Positions 1 through 6,229 of a stretch of DNA of 17,593 nucleotides are shown here, one piece after another (within the stretch, counting starts at the first letter, position 1; each line of letters starts with the position of its first letter). The notes beneath the pieces are model-generated. The model saw only the letters and a list, made by a program, of their open reading frames with translations. It did no database searches and was not told where the DNA came from. The stretch is from assembly GCA_964419615.1 (NCBI GenBank), contig CAYQPU010000034.1:1-17593 (forward strand), read 5' to 3'. The stretch comes from an uncultured Methanosarcinales archaeon (GTDB taxonomy: Archaea > Nanobdellota > Nanobdellia > Woesearchaeales > JAGVZT01). The position numbers were made by a program, and so were the translations under genes.

Positions 1-51
1 CTTTGGATTATATAATCCTAAAGATTTTTAAGTATTAGATAATCATAAAAG

Positions 52-66
52 CTTATAAATTTTGTC
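52..66 (-). promoter_or_regulatory. Possible BRE/TATA for a transcript running off the left edge
   Basis: The minus strand reads GACAAAA-TTTATAAG downstream of the ackA stop. The target gene is outside the window and the region is AT-rich, so a chance match is possible. Confidence 0.3.
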
Positions 67-95
67 AATAAGAGCACTTTTAAGTGGTATTTAAT

Positions 96-1232
96 TCATT
101 TAATTAACTCAACAGCTTCTTTTGCAATCTGCAATTCCTCATTTGTAGGAATCACTAAAACCTCAACCTTAGAATTCTCAGCAGAAATATTCACCTCATT
201 TTTCTTATTCTTTTTCTCATCAATCACAACTCCAAGCCCAGTTAAGTATTCACAGACCTTACTTCTCACATAATAAGCATTCTCACCAATCCCTCCAGTA
301 AAAACAATCGCATCAACAGAACCTAAAACACCAGTATATGCTCCAACATACTCAACAATTCTATAGCAAAACATATCTAAGGCAAGTTTGGCCTTGTTAT
401 CCTTTTTGCTTTTCTTAAAAACACTTCTTAGATCAGATAAACCACAAATTCCCTTTAAACCAGATTCATGATTAAGACTCCACACAATCTTATTAACATC
501 ATTTCCGGTTTTATCAGCTAGGAATGAAACAACACCTGCATCAATATCCCCTGACCTGGTTCCCATAATCAAGCCTTGCAGTGGAGTAAAGCCCATTGAG
601 GTATCAATAGACTTGCCGTCTTTAACAGCAGTAATGGAAGCACCATTACCCAAGTGACAAGTTATAATATTCTTACCCTTACCTATGATCTTATCAGCTT
701 TATTTGCAACATACTTATGACTAGTGCCATGAAAACCGTACTTTCTAATCCTATATCTCTTGTAATACTCATAAGGAATACCATAAAGATAAGCCTCTTT
801 TGGAATTGTGCTATGAAATGCTGTATCAAAAACAGCAACTTGCTTGGTGTGAGGCATTAACTTTCTGCAAGCCATAATGCCTTCTAGATTTGGGGGATTA
901 TGAAGTGGAGCTAAATCCGCAAGTTCTTTGATATTTTCAATTACTTTATCATTAATCAATGTAGCTTTTTTGTAAAACTCTCCGCCATGAACAACTCTAT
1001 GACCCACAACATTAATTTCATCTAGCCTGCAATAATCAATAATGACTTCCACACAGCATTGAATAGCATGATGGTGATCTTCAATTTTTTCTTTTTTCTT
1101 TTTTCCATTAACAATATGTAGGCATCTATCAAGACCAATACCATCAACATGGCCATTAACAATAACCTCTTTACTATCAAATAATTTATATCTAACAGAA
1201 CTTGAACCTGAATTAATCACCAACACCTTCAT
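96..1232 (-). CDS. ackA: Acetate kinase
   Basis: 378 aa with the family motifs VLVINSGSSS, GHRVVHGG, APLHNP, VFDTAFH, YGFHGTSH, CHLGNGAS, MGFTPLQGLIMGTRSG, FTGGIGEN and IPTNEELQIA. A Shine-Dalgarno AGGTGA overlaps the upstream TAA. Confidence 0.97.
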   Translation of the reverse strand: MKVLVINSGSSSVRYKLFDSKEVIVNGHVDGIGLDRCLHIVNGKKKKEKIEDHHHAIQCCVEVIIDYCRLDEINVVGHRVVHGGEFYKKATLINDKVIENIKELADLAPLHNPPNLEGIMACRKLMPHTKQVAVFDTAFHSTIPKEAYLYGIPYEYYKRYRIRKYGFHGTSHKYVANKADKIIGKGKNIITCHLGNGASITAVKDGKSIDTSMGFTPLQGLIMGTRSGDIDAGVVSFLADKTGNDVNKIVWSLNHESGLKGICGLSDLRSVFKKSKKDNKAKLALDMFCYRIVEYVGAYTGVLGSVDAIVFTGGIGENAYYVRSKVCEYLTGLGVVIDEKKNKKNEVNISAENSKVEVLVIPTNEELQIAKEAVELIK

Positions 1233-1241
1233 TTTTTCACC

Positions 1242-2099
1242 TTATATTGATAAAAGTATTATCCCCACAATAATACCCAAAATACCTATATCTTGAATAA
1301 TATGTAACCTTTCCTTTAAAAAAACTTTCGCTAAAATCACAGTAACTGCAGGATATGAAGCAGCAACTGGAGCTACAATAACAGCATCAAGTACATTTAA
1401 ACCATAGCCAAATGCCAAAAAAGCAATGATCCCAATAATACCTATTATACTGAGTTCTCGAATAGGATCTCTCTTTGATAATTTTACATCCTGTTTTATT
1501 ATTAAGATAATTGCAAAAGATAAGATTATGACTAGTACTTGTGCAATCAAAGCTGACCAAAACCAGCCATCAGTTCTTGCTAATGATACATACAATGAAT
1601 TTGCAATACCCCAGCAAAGTGCTGCAAGTGTAGCATATTTTAAGCTTCTAACCACTTCTTTTCTTTTCAGGTGTTTTTTTTCTTTGGTGATTGATACAAT
1701 AATTAAACTAAAAATGATAAGTGCAACTGCCACACTGTTTACCAGATTTAAAGTCTCTCCTAAAAAAAACAAAGAAAAACCTACTATCAGAACTGGCCAC
1801 ATTGAAGACACTGGAACCACAATTGATACTTTTCCAACCTTTAGACCTTTAATTAATGCCAAATTTCCAAACAAGTAACCAAAAGCAACCACAACGTAAG
1901 TGAGCATGTTCTGATTTGATGGAATATGAAATCCAGTCATAAATAAGGTCATAATAATTAAAGGAATAGTACCAAATAAATTAAACCAAAAGTACATCTT
2001 TAAAGGGTTTAATTTCTTTGCAGCTAAAGAACACACATAATCAGATACTCCCCAACAAATCATACTAACAATTCCATAAATAATTCCAAGTTCAATCAT
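1242..2099 (-). CDS. EamA/DMT-family transporter (two EamA repeats, about 10 TM helices)
   Basis: 285 aa and highly hydrophobic. The repeated pattern is 'ICWGV...GKVSIVVPVSSMWPVLIVGFSLFFLGETL' and 'LCWGI...AVIVAPVAASYPAVTVILAKVFLKERL'. It has an ATGA overlap with pta. Confidence 0.9.
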   Translation of the reverse strand: MIELGIIYGIVSMICWGVSDYVCSLAAKKLNPLKMYFWFNLFGTIPLIIMTLFMTGFHIPSNQNMLTYVVVAFGYLFGNLALIKGLKVGKVSIVVPVSSMWPVLIVGFSLFFLGETLNLVNSVAVALIIFSLIIVSITKEKKHLKRKEVVRSLKYATLAALCWGIANSLYVSLARTDGWFWSALIAQVLVIILSFAIILIIKQDVKLSKRDPIRELSIIGIIGIIAFLAFGYGLNVLDAVIVAPVAASYPAVTVILAKVFLKERLHIIQDIGILGIIVGIILLSI

Positions 2100-3040
2100 T
2101 GCGCCTCAACAACAGTTATTGCAGTCACATCAACAATGTCCTGCACACTACAGCCTCGACTCAAATCATTAACCGGTTTTTTTAGACCCTGTAATATAGG
2201 ACCAACTGCCTTAAACTTTCCAAGCCTTTCAACCAATTTATAAGCCATATTCCCACTATTTAAATCTGGGAAAACCAAAACATTTGCATCACCTTGGATT
2301 ATGCTGTCAGGACATTTAATCTGAGCAACTTTTGGAACAATAGCAGCATCCACTTGCATCTCACCCTCAATAATTAAATCAGGATATCTGTCTTTAACAA
2401 TCTTAGTTGCTTCCCTTACTTTATCTACCATTGGATGTTTTGCAGAACCCATTGTAGAAAAACTAAGCATTGCAACCTTTGGTTCAATCCCAAACTTTTT
2501 TGCAGTATTTGCACTATCAATAGCAATGTCAGCCAAATCCTTTGCATCTGGATTAATAGTAATAGCACAATCCGCAAACAACAAGATCCTATCATCATAC
2601 ATCATCAAAAACAATCCTGACACTTTGTGGAACTTCTCATGTGTCTTAATAATTTGAAGAGCAGGAATAACTGTTTTAGCTGTTGAATGAGTACAGCCGC
2701 TAACCAAACCGTCAGCATCCCCCATATAAACCATCATAGTTCCAAAATAACATGGATCTTTAAGCAACTCTTTAGCTTTCTCAATAGTCATCCCCTTGTA
2801 TTTTCTAACTTCAACTAGCTTTTCTGCATACAAATCCATCTTTTCAAAATAATTTGGATCAACAACCTCAACCCCTTCAATCTGTTCACTAACCTGTCCG
2901 ACCATAACAGGTTTTGCAATACCTTTTTCAACAATAATCTTAACAGCGTCAATTACTCTTTGCTCTTCACCCTCACAAAACACCACTCTCTTAGGATCAG
3001 CCTTAGCCTTTTCAAAAATACTATTCATAAATTCTTCCAT
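2096..3040 (-). CDS. pta: Phosphate acetyltransferase (short, stand-alone form)
   Basis: 314 aa with motifs EGEEQRV, FADCAITINP, KVAMLSFSTMGSA, EGEMQVDAA, ANVLVFPDLNSGNMAYKL and GPILQGLKKPVNDLSRGCS. Shine-Dalgarno AGGTGA lies 4 nt before the ATG, and ackA is two genes downstream. Confidence 0.95.
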   Translation of the reverse strand: MEEFMNSIFEKAKADPKRVVFCEGEEQRVIDAVKIIVEKGIAKPVMVGQVSEQIEGVEVVDPNYFEKMDLYAEKLVEVRKYKGMTIEKAKELLKDPCYFGTMMVYMGDADGLVSGCTHSTAKTVIPALQIIKTHEKFHKVSGLFLMMYDDRILLFADCAITINPDAKDLADIAIDSANTAKKFGIEPKVAMLSFSTMGSAKHPMVDKVREATKIVKDRYPDLIIEGEMQVDAAIVPKVAQIKCPDSIIQGDANVLVFPDLNSGNMAYKLVERLGKFKAVGPILQGLKKPVNDLSRGCSVQDIVDVTAITVVEAQ

Positions 3041-3072
3041 GAAATCACCTAACAGAATTAATTAATAGAGAT

Positions 3073-3087
3073 TATTTAAAGTTTACT
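3073..3087 (-). promoter_or_regulatory. Archaeal BRE + TATA box for the pta-EamA-ackA operon
   Basis: The minus strand reads AGTAAAC-TTTAAATA, with the TATA ending 33 nt before the pta ATG. This predicts a short leader that just includes the Shine-Dalgarno. Confidence 0.6.
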
Positions 3088-3120
3088 GTAGAAAAGAGTA
3101 TTAAAACAAACAAGTTTAAC

Positions 3121-3127
3121 AGAAAAA
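3121..3127 (-). terminator. Possible oligo-T terminator after the orphan gene
   Basis: TTTTTCT follows the TGA directly, ahead of further T-rich sequence. The tract is short. Confidence 0.3.
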
Positions 3128-3577
3128 TCAATTGGTCATGTGGTAGCCAATAAACACTGCATTCAAGTCTAGAAAATGCATGTCTCCATTTGAATCCAAA
3201 GGTTGGTAACAAGTATTTCTTGCATTTCCATCTTTTGTTGTCCAAGACCGTAAAAAATCAAAACTTTGATCTTTAACATGTTTGCCTTGGTGAATCCATC
3301 TTTCTTTGGTTCCAACAATATGTGTATAGTTATAATCCTTTAAAACTAGGAATTTAGCACCACTCTTAACAACATCATTAATAACTGAATCAGTAGCAAG
3401 TTGCAAAGCAGTTTTAACATCTGTTCTTTGTTTGTCCGCATAATGTTCTTGTGCTTCAATACTTATGCCTTTACCCAAAAAAATATCTTTGTCAGTAAAA
3501 CTAACTTGTTTGGATTCCAAACCCAAGTCATTTAAAGCTTCATCCAAGGAAACATAGACCTTTGTTTTGCATGTCAT
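3128..3577 (-). CDS. Hypothetical soluble protein (149 aa from the second ATG; ORF track starts at 3598), possibly a YbjQ/UPF0145-like fold
   Basis: Clean ORF with its own BRE/TATA. The TATA ends 2 nt before the 3598 ATG but 23 nt before the 3577 ATG, so 3577 is the likelier start. The fold idea rests on a weak pattern only. Confidence 0.7.
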   Translation of the reverse strand: MTCKTKVYVSLDEALNDLGLESKQVSFTDKDIFLGKGISIEAQEHYADKQRTDVKTALQLATDSVINDVVKSGAKFLVLKDYNYTHIVGTKERWIHQGKHVKDQSFDFLRSWTTKDGNARNTCYQPLDSNGDMHFLDLNAVFIGYHMTN

Positions 3578-3600
3578 GTAGTATTGAGAATTCCTCATTT

Positions 3601-3615
3601 TATATAAATCTTTCC
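3601..3615 (-). promoter_or_regulatory. Archaeal BRE + TATA box for the orphan gene (leaderless transcript predicted)
   Basis: The minus strand reads GGAAAGA-TTTATATA, placing the TATA at -31 to -24 relative to the A of the ATG at 3577. Confidence 0.65.
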
Positions 3616-3660
3616 GATAATTACTACTGCACAGTAAAATACTAGATAAATAAAACGATA

Positions 3661-3675
3661 AATAAAAAAAAAGAA
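3661..3675 (-). terminator. Oligo-T terminator closing the four-gene surface-protein operon
   Basis: The minus strand reads TTC-TTTTTTTTT-ATT (a T9 run), starting a few nt after the TAG at 3681, as expected for an archaeal intrinsic terminator. Confidence 0.6.
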
Positions 3676-3680
3676 TCCAC

Positions 3681-4097
3681 CTACCAAATCCTTCTTAAAA
3701 TAACATCCATTTTTCCTTCATAAAAACCATGTTCAGTATTTCTTGGGACATATACTTCAAGCTTAACTGGTTTATGTTCACCAGCATCTAAATAAAAATT
3801 ATAATCCGAAACGTTAATCCATTTTGAAAATTCACCATACATTCTAATTGTTACTTCAACAGGAATGGTATTATTATTCGTAACAAGAAATTCTCTGTTC
3901 CCATAACCTGGACTGGTCACCATACCAAAATGCATTGCATCTACGTCAGTATTAAGTCCAATATGTTCTCCAACTTTAAGATCCATTGGTATAGCTGTTG
4001 CTTCAACAACAATAAAATAAGAATAAAAAATTGAAGTCAAAGCTACACAAACGAGTGCCGTTGAAATTGCAATAATTAAAAAGGCTTTGTTCTCCAT
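3681..4097 (-). CDS. N-terminally anchored exported protein with a single Ig-like beta-sandwich (candidate minor fibre subunit)
   Basis: 138 aa with a hydrophobic segment at about residues 6-30, then alternating beta-strands, a DAMHFG motif and a C-terminal 'GFYEGKMDVIL' strand. It has a TAATG overlap with the upstream gene. Confidence 0.8.
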   Translation of the reverse strand: MENKAFLIIAISTALVCVALTSIFYSYFIVVEATAIPMDLKVGEHIGLNTDVDAMHFGMVTSPGYGNREFLVTNNNTIPVEVTIRMYGEFSKWINVSDYNFYLDAGEHKPVKLEVYVPRNTEHGFYEGKMDVILRRIW

Positions 4098-5230
4098 TAT
4101 TTTCTCTTTCTAATAAACAATATAATAATCAGTATTAATAACAATGCAATCACAATACTAAGTCCAACAACAGCCATCATTGCTGTATCCATTCCTGTTG
4201 GTTCTTCAACCTCTTGCTTTGATTCTTCTATAATATCCACAACAGATATAATTCCATCTTCTTTTGTAAACTGTTCAGCGTAATGCAATACAATTTCAAT
4301 TGGGTATTCATCTAATTCAAGTCCAGATGCATCATAATGTGCAGTAAACCTTTTTTGTTCCCAACCGTGCATAACATAACTTGGAGTTCTTTCAGTTGTG
4401 CCATTGATAGTTACGGTTGCATACACATTGTCAATAGCTGAATTCCATTGACTCTCCACATCAATGAACACTTTGTTAATTTTCCCCCTCTGTAAAACCC
4501 TGGTGTAATTTGCAATGCCCATATAAAGATGACCTATTCTAAAACGTTTTTTAACACCAATAACATTCCCACCATCATAACTCACATTACCAACAGCCAT
4601 GTATGGTCCTGACATCATATCAATAGTCCCCATAGTCATTGGAAATTTTTCAATAACCTTTGAAGGAATGGCTTTTGTTTCAGAGTCAAATGTTTTAATT
4701 AGTTGATTATCATCTTCATCATAAACTTTTACTTTTGCCCAAACTGTATTAAGATCAGTAGTTCCTAAGTTATTAACAAGTACTTCAAAATTAACATCCT
4801 CCCCTTGATTAACACTTGGTGCACTAAGTTTCATCTCAGCATAAACTCCTGGATACGGTGCTTGGATAAGAATAGGTGTGTGTATCTCAGCTACACCACC
4901 AACCATATTTTCATCCTCAGGAATTTCTAGTGCAACAAACTCAATTCCATTTTGACCCGGTTTGGGCATAGTTTCAGGCAAATTAAGAATTAATCGTACT
5001 GTTCTGGCTCCCTTACCTGGAGCAGGATCTTCTAAGGTGATGTATGGATCAAGTTCAGCACCAATGAATGAAATATTAATTATTTTTGCTCCCCAAACAT
5101 TAAATGTTAATGTCTTTTGCATGTTAGGTTCAAAATCAAACCTATAATAAGCTGGAGCAACAGAAAGAGCACAAACTTGTTGAATAAATAATAAGAAAAA
5201 AACTACACCAACAATCTTCCCTCTTTTCAT
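4097..5230 (-). CDS. Secreted multi-beta-sandwich protein with a C-terminal membrane anchor (CARDB/Ig-like middle domain; candidate chaperone-like component)
   Basis: 377 aa. Signal peptide MKRGKIVGVVFFLLFIQQVCA, three beta-rich segments including 'VNQGEDVNFEVLVNNLGTTDL', and a C-terminal TM followed by RKRK. Confidence 0.8.
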   Translation of the reverse strand: MKRGKIVGVVFFLLFIQQVCALSVAPAYYRFDFEPNMQKTLTFNVWGAKIINISFIGAELDPYITLEDPAPGKGARTVRLILNLPETMPKPGQNGIEFVALEIPEDENMVGGVAEIHTPILIQAPYPGVYAEMKLSAPSVNQGEDVNFEVLVNNLGTTDLNTVWAKVKVYDEDDNQLIKTFDSETKAIPSKVIEKFPMTMGTIDMMSGPYMAVGNVSYDGGNVIGVKKRFRIGHLYMGIANYTRVLQRGKINKVFIDVESQWNSAIDNVYATVTINGTTERTPSYVMHGWEQKRFTAHYDASGLELDEYPIEIVLHYAEQFTKEDGIISVVDIIEESKQEVEEPTGMDTAMMAVVGLSIVIALLLILIIILFIRKRK

Positions 5231-5248
5231 TTCAAGATACCTAATCAG

Positions 5249-5965
5249 TTACCAACCGCCACCAGTCAGATATGTTGTTGCTGTTGCAGTGATTGTACAT
5301 GTTTGCTGACCTTCACCAGCATAAATAGTATCGTAGGGGATTGTTAAATTCAGATGAAGATTTAATGAATCATTAGTATCATCAAATACTAACCCTGGTG
5401 GTGCACAAACCCAAAACATACTTGTGTTAACAGTTGTCCAGTTTTCTGCCGGGAAAGCAACACTCTGAGTGTTAGAAAGGTTTACACATGAACCCGATTC
5501 ATTCTCTTCCATATTAAATCTAAACTCTTCTTCTAAAGAAGCTCCTCCACCAACATAAGCACTGGCATTAACATCAAAAGTTAAATTAATGGTCATGTTA
5601 TTTGTACCATCATTTTCAATTTCCAAACTTGTTAGGTTAGCAGCAATACTAAAATTAATACATCTATCCTGTCCATCTCTTATTCCTCCACCACTCCCCG
5701 AAGCTAATGAGCAGTTAGTGTTTCCTCCAGTTGTATTAACCATACCTGTTCCAAAATCAAGTGTGTCAATGGAAAATCTAATTGATGCTGTAGAAACAAT
5801 CTCAACTGTTGCGGTTGCAGTTTCAGTATCCAGAGCATAACCTAAAATGTCTGGGACACCTACTTTTGCTAATCTGCTTAAACTGATAATTGTGCCAACA
5901 AGTGATACAACAACTGCAATAATTAAAACCGCAGCCAGTGTTTTATTTGATACCTCTTGAGCCAT
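5249..5965 (-). CDS. Exported, acidic surface glycoprotein with an N-terminal hydrophobic segment (candidate major fibre subunit)
   Basis: 238 aa with a TM at about residues 10-29, 13 N-x-S/T sequons after the TM, 5 Cys and a DTLDFG motif. Strong Shine-Dalgarno AAGGAGG and a TAATG overlap with the upstream gene. Confidence 0.85.
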   Translation of the reverse strand: MAQEVSNKTLAAVLIIAVVVSLVGTIISLSRLAKVGVPDILGYALDTETATATVEIVSTASIRFSIDTLDFGTGMVNTTGGNTNCSLASGSGGGIRDGQDRCINFSIAANLTSLEIENDGTNNMTINLTFDVNASAYVGGGASLEEEFRFNMEENESGSCVNLSNTQSVAFPAENWTTVNTSMFWVCAPPGLVFDDTNDSLNLHLNLTIPYDTIYAGEGQQTCTITATATTYLTGGGW

Positions 5966-6174
5966 TATGTATCCTCCTTTATACTCTCTAATTCAGGTGA
6001 GATCTCCGGCTTAAGTATGGTGATTGCAGCAGAAGCCTGTGTTTGTTGTGGAACCTCACTTATACGTGCACTAGTAGATTCATCGAAAACTATCCATGTT
6101 CCTAGAACCGACATAACTATAATTAAAACAAGAATAACAAGTATCACTTTCTTTGGTATATCTTGACCAATCAT
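5965..6174 (-). CDS. Small single-TM protein (69 aa), first gene of the surface operon
   Basis: It follows a canonical promoter, its stop overlaps the next ATG (TAATG), and its TM region aligns without gaps to the N-terminus of the 238-aa neighbour. Confidence 0.75.
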   Translation of the reverse strand: MIGQDIPKKVILVILVLIIVMSVLGTWIVFDESTSARISEVPQQTQASAAITILKPEISPELESIKEDT

Positions 6175-6214
6175 TCTGTCGACCCTTTTTCTTTGTTAAT
6201 CTGTGCAACTAATA

Positions 6215-6229
6215 TATATAAACTTTTCG
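6215..6229 (-). promoter_or_regulatory. Archaeal BRE + TATA box for the four-gene surface operon
   Basis: The minus strand reads CGAAAAG-TTTATATA, a near-consensus BRE directly before a consensus TATA, which ends 41 nt before the ATG at 6174. Confidence 0.75.

Noticed and set aside
4097-4210. PTG motif before the C-terminal TM of the 377-aa protein as an archaeosortase signal
   Set aside because: It does not match PGF- or PEF-CTERM, and no archaeosortase is in the window. It is treated as a plain anchor.
3681-6174. Reading of the surface operon as a type IV pilus or archaellum locus
   Set aside because: There is no assembly ATPase, TadC/ArlJ platform or prepilin peptidase, and only the 138-aa protein has a weak class III-like motif.
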